DNA of 64,000 bases, from positions 2,790,001-2,854,000 of the forward strand of contig JBLDXI010000007.1 in NCBI GenBank assembly GCA_047495785.1, in the 5' to 3' direction. Positions 34,937 through 48,900 of this stretch are shown here, in pieces. Source of the stretch: Lepidodermella squamata (Eukaryota > Animalia > Gastrotricha). Position 1 is the stretch's first letter. Every line of letters begins with the position of its first letter. The notes beneath the pieces are model-generated. The model worked only from the letters and a program-made list of their open reading frames with translations. It did not search any database and was not told the origin of the DNA. The translations under genes and the position numbers were made by a program.

Positions 34937-36384
34937 GCCTCAAACGGCATATTTAGCCTAATACACGCCGTTTCATCTCACCGCATTGGATCATTCTATA
35001 TCATTTCCACCTCAAGTCCCAACCTCGAAACTGAATCTTTCAATCATGGCACTTCCGTCTTGATATTATCATGTTAAATTTTGATAATTGGAAAAAATTT
35101 AAATTAATTGAACCGTGGCCTGTTTAACCGAGCTGCTACGGTAAAAAACTCGGAACGGATGATTTTTTTTCCTCTTAATTGCCAAACTCGCCGCTGCGTG
35201 TAGGAGATGCGCCCAGGGTGGTTCATGTGCATACCCGCGCTTTTAATGGCCGGCACGCTTCGTTAGATTAATCGCTGCCTTATCCACTTGTATTATGTTT
35301 TAATCTTTTTAATATACAAGTGTATTTCCCCTCTCTTGCGTCAAGTATAGTATAAACTTGACAATGGCCGGTCCATAGTTGAGGGTGATGCGGCAAAACC
35401 ATTAACAATGCCGCTCTTGTTAATACTTTGTGTTAACACTTTTTTTACGATGGCCAACGAGTGGCCGCACGGCTTTAAACAAATGACTGCTGTGAGCCGA
35501 TTATCACTATTATTTTACGCACGTGCGGATTATTGCACTGCAATTTAATTGACCGATAAAAAAATACCTGTGTTTTTTATGCCGCCTGTAGGAACCCTAA
35601 TAATCAGGTGCGAGAATTTTCTCATAAAATTAAAAGACGGGGGCCCGTTGGCAGGTGAAATCCGCCAAGGTGTCAACCAGTTTAAAATAATTACAGAATC
35701 ATCAACGTTGAGACAAGAAAAAGTCCGAGAGCGATAGGATGCTCACTTGATGAGTGCAAATTCTGAAAATTTGCGCTGTGAACATGAGTGCAGAAAGTTC
35801 ACAAATATTTGGGGTCACGTGACTGCGCGAGGTTCAAAATCATGTAATAAATACTCTGCATTTTGCATTTTTCATTCAAATTTTTAAGGTGGCCTTTTTC
35901 AAGCTGGAACAAAACTCCATTCAGCAGAAAAAACGTCATTAAAATTAGCGTTTTCTTTATTTCAAATGTGATTTTATAAAACAATAATTCTTTCCGTACA
36001 TACATTAAAACATTTCTTTACATTGTGTACCTGTTGATATTGTTCAAATTAAAGCCCTGTCTACACCTGGCCAAGTAAAAGCGCGGATTGAAATTTGTAC
36101 AAGAATTTCGAAGCCTGCTTCGGTGAATGAAGTGAAAATTTATAACAGAAAATTTCACCAGCTGAAACGATATGATAGAAACTCAACATGAGATGCCGAT
36201 CGGACGAACACGTGACAAAATTTCCAATAAATAAAATAACAATAATTATTCGATAAAAGCAACAATTAATTTTACACGATTTATAATTATCTATTTTCGT
36301 GCGAAGACGGGTTTTTTTGCTAAAAAGCTGTGTGAAATTTGTGTATTTTGAGATGAAAAACACAGTGGTGATGGTGCATTGTGG

Positions 36385-39300
36385 TTACATTTCCCATAGC
36401 GACGCGTCGTTGACGTCCTTGCCGCGGGCGAACACGACGCCGCTCTGTTCGCCGACTAGATAGAGCAGGCCGGCGCCGTCGCCCGACGGCGCGTTCTCGG
36501 CGTGCCGGATGGCTGCGCGCCCGCTGCGCCGCAGTTCGAAACGGAAGCAAGAAGCAGCGGCAACGTCATCACAATCAGCAACTACCGACAGCTCACCGTC
36601 GACAACTCGCCAGAACTTGCCATTCATCGCTTAATTAAAAAAATACCAATTTTTAATTTATTTAATTCAAATCCTGTATCAATTTTTTCTATTTTTCAGG
36701 CTGTTCAATTTTTCTAGACATTTTTCAGTTTTTGTCAAGTTTTTTGGTCAAGCTTTGTTTATCTCCAGTAGTTGCTGCTTTTTTCTAGCAATAAAACGGA
36801 TTAAATTATTATATCTACGGTGCGCAAAAGCTGTAAAAGTCGAAAGGAGATGACCATGAAATCCCTCGACGTCAGCCACGAGGATTAGAGGAAAAGAGGT
36901 TAAAACAATAAGGGCAAAATTCCAATCCTGGAAAGCACCTAACACCATAAAAAATAGTGCGGCGAAAGCAGGAAATTTTGAAAAAAATTTTAAAAAATTA
37001 AAAAAAAATCGAATAAAAAAATGAAAATTTCTAAAAAAATAATTTCGAGACAATTTCGAGGTTAAAAAGTCGATGAAATTTTGCTATCTTATAGGAAATT
37101 AAATTGTCAACATTTCTAATATTCCTTCATCAAAGAGCTGAAGTAAAGCTAAAAATGTGGCATACCTTTAATTTTGTACGTTCCAAGTGAATGTTGGACG
37201 AGTTCGAAGACGTCGTGAACAACTCGCGAGCAGTCGAGTCGATTGGCGATGCCCTTGGACGAGACAGCGGCACTGCCTATGCCGATGAAGCCGTAGATGC
37301 CTCGAAAGACGGTCAACGGCCGGTTGACAATGTCGACGTAGAACTTTTCGCGATCAGTCAACGCCGTTTGCGCGTTTGTCGTCGCCTGCAGCGCGCCCGT
37401 CGGATTCGCCTTCACGTAGCACCCGTTCGAAACTGATTTGAAGGTAACAGCCCCGGTCGACGCGTGCCACGTCGCCTCAAACAACGCATCTCCACTTGTT
37501 TTATCGTCACAGGCCGCTGTAACCCCGGTTGATTTCGCTCCCTTAGCGTTAATTTGCCAGTACTTGCCCTTGGCGCCTAGTAGGGTCCAGTGACTATCGC
37601 GATTTATTTCGACCTGGAAAACTTCGTTGTTAGAATACGGCGTGAAATCTGGCGGTGAATCTTCGTCTGGCTCGAGTTTATGTTGATTCGCGCTAACGTC
37701 CATTCCTTGTTTAATCGAGACATATTTCCCATTGCCGCAGTTAGTTAGCGTGACTTGGGGATGTGCCTCGCAGATTTCGAACAGTTCGTCCTTTGTGATG
37801 GCCTTGCGGATGGAGGATCGTAGCATGCCGACGCCTGATGCGCAGAGGCATGAGCCGACAGCGTCGCGAAATACGACGCCGCTTAATTGCTGGAGGCCGA
37901 CGCAGGTTTTGAACTCGAGCGAAAACAGCGTGTCACGTGACAAACACGGCACAAGGCTGCCATCTCTGCGTTTAATTGAATTAATCAAAGAAAATTTATA
38001 AAAAAATATTTTTTTGTTTTAAAAACCTAAAAATTACAACTTCATCACATTCGGTGCATTTTTCACCAGAAAATATTGCTAGTTATTTGAAAAAATAGAG
38101 GTGATCTTCAAGCAAATTAAAATCCAAAATTTGGCTCCAAATTTTAAATTATGATGGAATATATCGATTTTATAAACTATTAGTCCTACTTTCCCAATTT
38201 TTACCTTGATTTGTTTATATTACTGTTAGGAATTTACTCCTCATTTTTCTTATTTTCGGCGTGTTTTCGTTTCGGGTAACATTTTTCCGTAATTTTCGCA
38301 TATATTGGATTTCAGAAATTCTAGATTTATTTATTGATTCATTCTTCAAAGGAAAATTTTCTAAATTTCTTAATTTAATTTCTTTCATAAGAAACATTTT
38401 CTTCGAGTTTCAGCCTTCAGCCTTCAGTTTTACTCCGTCCTCTATTGCGTTATAATATTACGGCTCTTCATTCACTTCAAAAAAAACAGCTTGTGACAAC
38501 TCCTCCTTGAGTTTTCCGGCCCGAAGCGTTAAAATGATCGATTTTCTCTAGACCCTAATTTCATCCTCAACTTCCAACCTTAGCAGTATCCTTAACAAGT
38601 TTCCCTGGATTTTTTAGTTTGATATTCGGCATTTGAAAAATTTGAAAAATTCCCGTTGCTGCATCACTTGTCGCCGCTAAATTTGTTATTTCATCAACAT
38701 ACCTGTGCAAATATTTGTTATTAGCCGCCGATCGAATGGCGTACTTGCCGTCGTAGAACTCGAGCAGAAGAATCGGTTTCTGGCCCCACGGTATAACATC
38801 CGTGCATAGAAACGCATCGCCATCGTTGTTCAGCGTCGCGTAACGGCATCCTCGCCCGAAATTTTTCAAATGCACCATAGGCGTAGCACTCAACTGAGCA
38901 TGCCACAGCTCACTGTCGCCCACCGCCGCCGTTCGATCCACCTTACACTGAACAGTATCCGGCATCTCCTCCTGGTGTTTACTCCCAGCTTTTTGCTGCG
39001 GTTGCCATACCCCAAGATAGCACCCACTCGCGACATTTCGAATCGCCCATCGTCCGACTGTGAATGAAGAAGGCGACGAGGAGGCTGAGTTAGAATCTGG
39101 ACTAGATTCCCCGTCTTCGCCAGCTGGCGGGGCCCGTTCGAATTCGATGACGAACTGCGTTTCCGGGGTGCGTTCGCTCGAGTCGCAAGTGACGATGCCC
39201 TTCGCCGTGGCGGATAAATAGCAGCCGCTCGCTGATTTGAGGTACACAATATCACTTGGGCCGCCGTTTGGCGACGGTTCCGAACACTCGAGGGTCCATT

Positions 39301-40461
39301 GTTGGCGCTGCTTCAACGCTGTTCCAAGTACGTTTAATCGATTATTGAACTTTTCGGCAGTCTGAAATGGACAAAAAGGAATAAAGCAAAATATCTAAAA
39401 AAAAATTTAAAAAATTTAAAAAAAAACCCAAAGTTCGAACTTTAGAGTTTTTAGGCTGGGATAGTAAAAAAAAATAAAATCCTGGTTATTATCAAACGAC
39501 GCAGATTTGACCAAAACGAAGCAAGATTAGCCAGAATCCTATACCTAACCATTTTTTCATTTTTTTGAGGCAGAACTTTCACTGTCCAACATAGAAATAG
39601 AAGTCGAATCTTAGCTGAATGATATTTCAGCGGAACAGCTTAAAAATCCATCTTATCGATCAATAAATCAATGTCGAGAAATGCCAAGCTTGGGTAAGTT
39701 ATTTCAGGGTTAAACTAAGTCTTATTTCATCGAAATGAAAACAAGTTTATTCAATTTAAAAAAAAGTTAAAAATGATCTAGAAAAAACTGAAAGAGCAGA
39801 AAAAACATGGAGAAAAAATTCAATGCATTAAAAATATGAAGTCTTACTTTAAGCGGCACCGAATCTCGAATCTTCAAATCGCTCGGAAATGATTTTTTCC
39901 CAATTTTTACAAATTTCATGAATAATCCTTAGTAAATCGAAAAAAATTACTATCAAATTCCTTACGAAGAATTTGAACAAAATTAGCTTGACGCCGCTAT
40001 AATTTTCCGAAATTAACCCAGAATTCGATTTGAAAATTACAAACCAGGTAGCGACCAGTCATTGAATTGCAGAAGCCGACTTTAAGCGACAGTGGTTCAC
40101 TGGGCAGTTGTTGTTGAAGCTTAGCTTGGGCCTTGGCCTGAACCTCGCTAAGGCGTCGGCCTGAATTCGGCCGGCTGTTGTTCGCCGAGCCGTTGCCATT
40201 CGACTCCTTTGAGCCATTGCTACTGCTCTCGAACGCGTAGTTCTCCGGTTTATTGTCACCATTCACCATGGTTGGCGAGACTGGTTCGGTCGGGGTAGTC
40301 GGCGAGAGTGGCGCTGGCGATGATGTGTCACCTTGTCCATTAGCCACCGACGCAGCGTCGCCATTTTCTGAATTAATTGACGACGCCTGCTCGATAACTG
40401 TTAGCTCAGCACTGGCGGCGGACACGTGCGGGTTGCCATCGCTATCCTGTGTCGTCTCCAT
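36385..40461 (-). CDS. FSCN: Fascin (actin-bundling, singed-like); exons 40461-40045, 39361-38703, 37965-37166, 36629-36385
   Basis: GRYL-TAEKF..LNVLGTALKQRQQWTLE, KDELFE...HPQV, GKYVSIKQGMDVSANQ, IVNRPLTVFRGIYGFIG and C-terminal LWEM. All junctions are GT-AG and in phase. Confidence 0.95.
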
Positions 40462-43400
40462 TTTTATCTTGGCAAAGCCTATTAGGCGCATGATTGATCA
40501 GTTGAAAAAGCAAATAGGTATGAGGCGAAACAAAAATTATTACACTATCTGCATTTTTGTTGCTAGTGTATCATGTTATTTGTTCCAGCGAAACAATAAC
40601 AATAACAACAAGACGAGATGACAACGAGGCGTAAAAGCAGCGGCCAACGCCTGTTTACGCCTCGCGCGGTCGAAAGGTCTCGCTTTATTACGCGCGCGCG
40701 CTCATTATTTTACTACAGCCCCTGATATGTGTATGCAAATCGAACAGTGGCGCCGCCGCGCGGTCATCGAAACGCTCCTTTTCCGCTTAATTTAACATAT
40801 GCTGGCCGCGAATGACAGCAGGCGTAAATAAAACTAGTCAACTGCAGTATTAATTACACAAAAGGTCGCCATGGCGTTCCGACGGCGCATCGAACAATTT
40901 TGATGGCAAATCTATGCAAATTTTTCGGCCTGCAATAAATATTACTCAGCTAAAAAATATATTACTGCAGAAAAGTACTTGCATCCGTAAAAAAATTGCG
41001 TGACCTGTTTTGAAGGCATCATAAAAAAAACCTATAACCATCTTTTTTCAAACAAAAAAAATGCAAATAATCTAAAGGTGACGAAATAGGTATGATGGTA
41101 TGATGAGTGACCACAAAAGTCAAACAAGGCACTAGATAGTTCTTACTTTTATCGCGTAGCGGTATAACAAGCTGTATGTTTAGAAATGTCCCGTCTATTG
41201 GCTCGCGATTATTATGATGTAAAGGACCAGCGGTGAGAGTATAGGTATATAGCAAGTAGCGACAAAAGCCAAGTTTTTATGATGCTTTGGCACACGTGTT
41301 CGTTCTTCTGCTATATTAATGTGTAATCAAACAAAGCCGAGAATGTGAAGACCACTATCACGGTGGTCGCGTAGTATAAGAAGACAACCTGCTGCTTCTG
41401 AAGCGCGCGGTTTTCGAACAAGTATAGCCAATGGTCCAATTAGAAATGCTCTGGCTATCACTACGTCGAAAGCGCATCAAATAATAATAATAAACGCGGA
41501 TGAGAAGTTCCTGCTTTATAAGACAGTTTGCCTATCATCAGTTTACCTGTACCGCGTTTCAAAAAAAAGGCGCAGTCTACGTAACATTCAATATAAGCAT
41601 CGTTTTTTTCTTTTAAACGCGCTCGCAATCATCGTTATACTCTTTCTGCTATAAACGATGGATACAAGAAATATGCAACTATATAACTAGCTGTAACGAA
41701 GATGTGATTCGTTATTCAGAAACCGCAGTTCTTCAGTGCGCCTTTTTTTACCCGCCCAGAGGAACAGGAAAAAATGTATTCACACCTCTCCTCCGGCGTA
41801 ATGAGTTGGTTTACAAAAAACAATCCCCGCAGGTCTGCAGGGATTAACGAGCGGGCAGAAATGATAATATCGATGGTTTACAAATACACCGCTTTTTACG
41901 CTGGTACACCTATTCGCGCTGCTCTAAGCGTAAGAAGAAGCGGGAAAGCACTAAAATTCATACCCACGCATTGACCACAAGCATTACAACATACGATTTG
42001 AAAGGCCATACGAAGTGATAATAAAATTGATGATTTTTATGTAGTTCCGGCGTAACTTACCGCCTCCATAAACTCCCGGCTGGATTCGCAGGTCTTGTTG
42101 TTCGTAGTAAGTTGCACCTAAATATTGGTGCCATAATTATGATAATAAAGCGATTTTTTGCATAAATAATATATCATAATATACAAATAACTCTGTACAC
42201 TGGTGCAATCACTATTTTTATACGCATTGGTGGCAAAATATACATCATTTTTGATAAGGGGAATCTCACCTCCACGCCGGAATGAAAAACAATCGCAAAA
42301 CAGCATTTGTTTATTGCGGCCAGAAATCTCGATCAGAGCGAGCAGCAAGTGATCATCAGAGCCAACGTCAACAAATAAAACATTACATTGCTGAATTTGA
42401 ATCTGGCGAGTTCACTATTCTAGAATGAAATTATTATTTTGATATTACTTTACGCTGTTATTATCTGATTTGTACTGCGTAATGTAGCCGGCAGTTTACA
42501 ACACCCAAGAGACTCATTGCATAGCAACTGTAGAAAAGGCATTCACATTGCTTCGGAAAATATAATGCCTACCTGGGTTCCAATCATTGTCTTGTTGATG
42601 CCGAGAATGAGGCAGCTTTTCCAGAGCCGCAGCGCCCAAGTTTTTATTCATAGGGAATAAATTTTGATAACTTCAATATATTTATTTGTATTGCTTACAA
42701 TTTTTTCAGAAGCAGTTTTTGTCGCACCTTAGTGACACCATATTGACCATATTGCGGATCCAGCGCAATTTTTCTACGAATTAAACCTCTCGATTCTTAC
42801 GGTCATGCCGGTAATATATCTGTTATTTATTTTCAAGGAGTTCTCCTTTTAGAAATCAAAATTGTAAACTAAATGTCGGATCAAGAAGTCATTCGTGAAG
42901 GTGGTTATTGATTCTATTGCTATGATTAACTCCAGATTAATTCCGCGACGTCATCATTGTGCAGGAAAGTGGCGCTACCTTCAGCAATTGATCAAGTACA
43001 ATTAAAAATGAGCTGAAAATCAGCACAATTTTCAGAAGCGTTAAGTTATAACAAGGTATGTACATCTACCAAGTATACCAAGCTCGGCATAATTTGTAAG
43101 GACGTGTTTTTCCTCGGCATGCGGTCTATCTGGAAAGTAATCTGAAACTCGAAGACATCTAAAAATCGATATCCGACCAGCTCCGATGGTATTAATTCAG
43201 TCAGTTTTAGAACTATAGAGTTAACTTCAGCTGATGACCTCAAACTGCAGCCGCAGCCGGATAATCGGCTTAATAAGGCAGTTGTCTTGGGGCCCGATGA
43301 AAATGTTGACACTTCAGATAAAAACCATCAAAGGACCAGAGGGGGGCCGGTCAGCATATTTAAGGGCCCGTGGTAAATTTATGGAGTCATGATCCGGCAT

Positions 43401-44141
43401 TGACTGCAACGACCGGTGCCAGTTCTCTGTCAGGCCCGAGGCTGACGCAGGCCTACGGCTTACCTGTGGTTTCATAATCACAGAACGAAACAGAAAATAT
43501 GATATTGGTGCGTATAACTGTTGCTTGAACCTTGCTCATGGCTTCGCGACCAGTGACTCTCTGTTAACACTCGAGGTTGCGTCGACTGATCAAAATAACC
43601 TGGAAAAAGAAAAAGCGATCATCAAGTGGCCAGAAATGTTTGAAAAGGAGCTTTGACTGTTTCCGCAAGTCAAAAAAGCATGCAAGCAAATATTCATTAA
43701 TTATGCATTCCTACGTTTATAAATTAATTTTAATTTTGCTTTAGTAGTGAATTTAGCGTTTTGAGTTTGGCCTTGAACGGTGACCTGTTAAAATCAGAAT
43801 TTAAAATGTTACTCCCGCGTGTTCGCGCCCCATCGCGGAGAATCTCTATTAGGACCTAGGAAGTTAGTTACTGGCTTAACGCCAGGACGCCAGGATCCGT
43901 GACCACTGCGTCCTGCGTCCAATGTGTCTAATCAGATTTTAGATGTCCTGCTAATTAAAGTTACTGAAACTGATCTAATCTGTTATTTTCGAATCTTCCC
44001 TCGTTGCCTGTTTAAGTTACGTGATATGAAACAGTGCTCACGAAGAAGTCTGATTGGTTCTTTTCGGATTTTTTCAGTGCTAACATGCTAAATGTGAAAC
44101 ATTTGTTGCCTTTAGTCTCGAATTAGGCTTTTGGCTCATGA

Positions 44142-45681
44142 ATGCTCCCAATTGCCACTTATGTTTTTATCAGCTCGCTATTGAGCGGTGAGTGATCGGC
44201 TTCGATGCCTCTGCTCATTCTGAATTTAAAATTGTTCGCTCACAGGTGTTGGTGCCCTTCTCTGTCATTGCAACTACTGCGTTCAGTATCAACCTGATAG
44301 TCCGTTGGCTCAGAATAATTCTTGTTCCGTGTCTTCCTCTGGATTCTGTTATTCGTCGGTTTCACCGGGACCAAATCAGCCAATTGTGAAGCATGGATGT
44401 ATGGACATTGACACGAAGATTGCGGATCTACAATGCCGCGCTAATTTCGAGGCAGTTCGCAGCGATGTCAAAATAGTTTGTTGTCGTGAATCAGACTTTT
44501 GTAACACAGCGACACTGTTGGTATCTGGAGAAGCAATCATAAACCTGGAGAGACATTCTTCGCCATTGCCTTTTCCTGTGGCGGCTGTTATTTGCATTGT
44601 CTCAGCATTAGCATTGCTAGGAGTTGCCTTTGTTCTATCGTGTTACTGTTATCGAATTCGTCATGGAAAGCGATTTTTCTCCCTGAAGACTGCTGAATCG
44701 ACATCATGCAGCACTCCTGTCACGTTTTCGACGCTGGATGACCCCGAGGCAACAATCAACTCTTCGTATTCTTCTAATGTCAAGAAACTTACTACCATCG
44801 ATGTCAAGCTTGACTTTGGTGCTATTCTGAATTCTTCCGAGAGTAAAATGTCTTTTCGCGGCACTTGGTCAGGGGAAGATGTTTATGCCAAATTATACCG
44901 CCATCATCATGAATGGTTCCGAGAAAAATGTCTGTACGAAGAGTTTCCTCTTCAATTCAGTCAAGTAGTGACCTACATTATGGCCGATGAGCTTCCGCGT
45001 GACGCACCTTTAGGTATTAAATTCAACATTACGTCCGATTCGCCAGTTTATTACACTGTTACTGAGTACTATCAACGCGGCTCTCTGTTTGATTTGCTCA
45101 AATCTGATTCGCCTGTGGACGAGGACTTTGCATTAACGCTGATTTTATCGGTTACGTCAGCATTGTCTTACCTACATCAACCAATCAAAGGTTCAAACTG
45201 CTTTAAACCATCGATTGCTCACTGTAATCTAAAATCGACAAAATTTTTATTGAAAAGCGATGGGAAATCGCTTTGCCTTGGTGATTTCTCGTGTGCTCGT
45301 GAGATCTTGGATGCAGAAAGCATGATTTTAACCCAAGTTACTACACCTCGTTACTCTGCGCCTGAACTTCTCGCAAATATCGGAAAGTATATGCACGTGG
45401 CTGATTTGTTACCGGCTGATATGTACAGTTTGTCGCTTATTGTTTGGGAAATACTGACGAGGATTGACTCTGGCCACAAGTTACCGTTTGACTTCGTACA
45501 GGGAGATCCCGATGCAACGACTATGATAGAAATTCATCGACATAATACTGACTTGGCAATAGATTGGACCCGGTTTAATCGTTTAGCCAAATTGCAAATG
45601 ATGTTAACCGATTGTTTTGCTCGCGATCCGCGGTATCGACCATCCGCGCTTCAACTAAAGAAGTTTCTCGCCTCTCTTTGA
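44142..45681 (+). CDS. TGF-beta/activin receptor-family protein with degenerate kinase domain; exons 44142-44187, 44246-45681
   Basis: Signal peptide exon; Cys-rich ectodomain CHCNYC...KHGC...CCRESDFCN; TM helix; kinase-like EYYQRGSLFDLL, KPSIAH, RYSAPE, DMYSLSLIVWE, RPSA. Confidence 0.88.
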
Positions 45682-45953
45682 TCCTCATTTGTTGTTGTTT
45701 CGTTCCGGTATATTTGCATCGAATGCTTGCTCATTACAGGGTAATCGCGAGAGCTCTTACTGAGCGATTTTCGCTCCATGTGCAATGTTTACTCGATATT
45801 TACTTCTTTCGACTGCTTCTGGTCACGGTTTCGACTCGGACAATAGCCAATTTTATTGACGGTTGTTATACTGCTGGTTTCTTATTGTCGACTCTTACTA
45901 AAAGCGTTTTCTTAATTTCGCGTTAATTTTTTGTAGGGTCTTATTTCATTTTG

Positions 45954-48900
45954 ATGATGAAGAAAAATTCATTGTATTTCTCAGTTTTCAATGATGGTGA
46001 GTTGCGATTATCTTTTATAATTAATCAAAATTATATTCATTTTTATATTTTCAGACCCAGACACGAGAAAAAATTGTGCTAGGCTTTGTTATGCAATGGA
46101 CCATGATGACCCAGACACAGCTCGCCGACTTCTGTCTCACACACCTGAATTGACCCTCCTAAAATACGGCGCGGATAAACAAGTACCTCTCGAGAGAATG
46201 ATCATTCAAGGCAAAATGGAGTATTGCGAAATGCTGGTTCAATTCGGCGCTGACGTTACTTACGTTGACGAATTCTCCGGAGATTCATTGTTGCATCACG
46301 CTGCTCGTCAGACAAAGCCTGAAATTTTGCAATTTTTAATCGGCCAAGGCGCGCCTTTAGACTTTCAAAACACCGATGGCATTACGCCGTTGATGGAATG
46401 CGTTGAAAATGTGAGTTGAATTTTTAAGGAAGATCAATATATTTTACCTTGATTTTTTAGGTTGATTTAGAGGGCTGTGTTATGCTGCTGAGTGCTGGCG
46501 CCGATACTTCAACCAGGCGATCTAGAACTGGGTTCAATGCCGTGCACCTGGCCGTTTCGCAGTGTAGTGCAATGCAAGAAACGCTCGATTATCGCCACCT
46601 GGCTCTGATTCGCAACCTTATCACGTTCACCGCACAACAGGACAAACAATTGCTCGACAACGTTGCGGCAGACCGTGATACGCCGCTGCTAACCGCCATT
46701 CGCAACGGAAATTACACAGTCGCTAAATGGCTGTTAGAAAGTGGCGCTTCGCCAAATATCAGCGATAAACACAGTTACTCACCTATGAAGCTTTTGCTTC
46801 ATTACTACCACGATTTTGTCAAATCGAACCGAGTTACTAAGGATAAAGATGAGGAAGAGGTGAAGGTCGAAAAAATCGGCGATTTCACCCTAGCCACAGC
46901 CGATGAGGTTGCTTATTTGATGATCGAAAGCGGCGCTGATTTGGCGTTAGCGAATAATCGCGGTGAAACTGCGCTGCATTTAGCTATTCAAAATAATTTG
47001 ACTGAAATTGCGTCGAAAATCGCGTCTCGAGTTCGAGGAGTCGCGTCTGTCCTACGCCAGTTGAATCACAACGGCCATTCAGTTCTCCACATGCTAGCTC
47101 GTGGCATGCATGAGCAGAAATACACGCTGGAGGTGATGGCGAAATTGCTGGACGGCCATGTTCCGCCGGAAGTTGTTGATGTTCGAGCGAAAGATGACTC
47201 GACAGCCATGTTTGCGGCGATTTTGAACAAAAAATTGGATGTTGCGCGGTATTTGATTGAAAAAGGAGCGGATCTGAAATGCGTTTGCAACGGAGAGACG
47301 ATTCTACACGCCGCTTGCCGTAGCAAGAAAATCGAATCCGTCATTTTTGCTATCGAAAAAGGTGAAACAATGAGTCAAATCAAATTTTAAATAAATTTCA
47401 GAGATTTTTAAATTAAATTAAATTTTAAATGCATATTTTTTATTTTGAAATTTTATTTAAATTTGGTTGGAAGGGGAGCAAATTATCCAATTAGGAGCCA
47501 TGTGATCGAAGTAAATGTTTTTATAAAAAGCTGAAATTAAATAAATTTTGTCGTTTTGAGCTAAAAAATATTTAAATTTTACCGTTTTTCGGTAAATTTT
47601 TATTTAATATTTAAGATTCGATAATTTTTGAGCCAGATCGGCGTCAAATTTATCAAAATGTATTTAAATTTCCTGTTTGACCTCATTTATGACAATTTAT
47701 TGTCAACTTTTAATAAAATTTGGCTGAAAACGACAAAATCTGGCAAAAATCAAATAAAATCTATGTCCTGCCCCGAGCAGGACATAGATTTTATTTGATT
47801 TTTGGCGAAATTCCTTAAAATTAATATATTTTTGCCCAAAATCGATTACGCAACAGGGCTACAAACATCGCCAATTCCTGTCCAGAGACTTTCTCCTTCG
47901 AACTGCGCTACGTTTGAGCAGGCACTTGTGATGTTCGTCTTCATATCAAGTTTATTGAAGTCGAGCTTGATTTTTATCAATTTCGTCAAAATTTCATCGA
48001 AAATTTCGACTAGTTGACCCCGACGAACAAAGCCTACTGCACTACCCTTAAAAGCGCTAGATAAGTGGGAAAAACTATGTGAGCCTTCTTTCTCTTGAGG
48101 TAGCCAGTTTTCATCAACACGCTCGTTTCGCGATGTTGCAATATTATGAAGCACGCAACGGGCACACAGAATACATGTGTAACGGAGTCGAAATTTGTTG
48201 TCATCATCGCGAATGACTCTGAAGCAACCTTTGAGTATACCAAAAAGACATTCGATGACAATTCGAACGTGGCCTGGGATCGACGCTGAACTTCGCTCAA
48301 AGGATCACTCAGATGCGTTATGAGGGACACCAAACATGGATTCCCGGAGTCGCATGAGGTTCATACCAAGATATCGAATTACAATTTTAATTTCTTGTGT
48401 AATTCTTGCCCCTTTCTCTCTTGCCCTTCTTCTCTTTATTATCATTCTGTTTCCCATCGCGAACCGATCAACCGATCAACGCGAAGCGAAAATTGAGACT
48501 ACGATTATAGTTTCAAGTTCTAGAGCACGAAATAAGGCTATAACTTGGACAACCTTGAAATTGAATTTTTTTCGAAATGTTGAATAAGAAGGCTGAAAAA
48601 TTCAAGTTTCGTCAAGGAACTTGAAGTCGCCTTCATTTTTCAATATTGAGAATGAAATTAAGAATGACACCTGACACCTACATCTGTGTTTCGCAATATT
48701 TTCACTTGTTACGCAACAGCAATAATTTTCAGGTTTTCTCAAAATCAGATAAATTTAATAAAAATTGGGGCAAATTTCCTTTCGATCACACCCGGAAAAA
48801 TATTAATTTAATAAATTTACTGAGAATAAGATTTCATAAAAACATTCTTTTCGATCACATGGCTCTAGGTGATGGGAATTTATTGATGGCGTTGGTGAAA

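Noticed and set aside
40500-44100. Short ORFs in the fascin-receptor divergent intergenic region
   Set aside because: No recognisable motifs or consistent splice structure.
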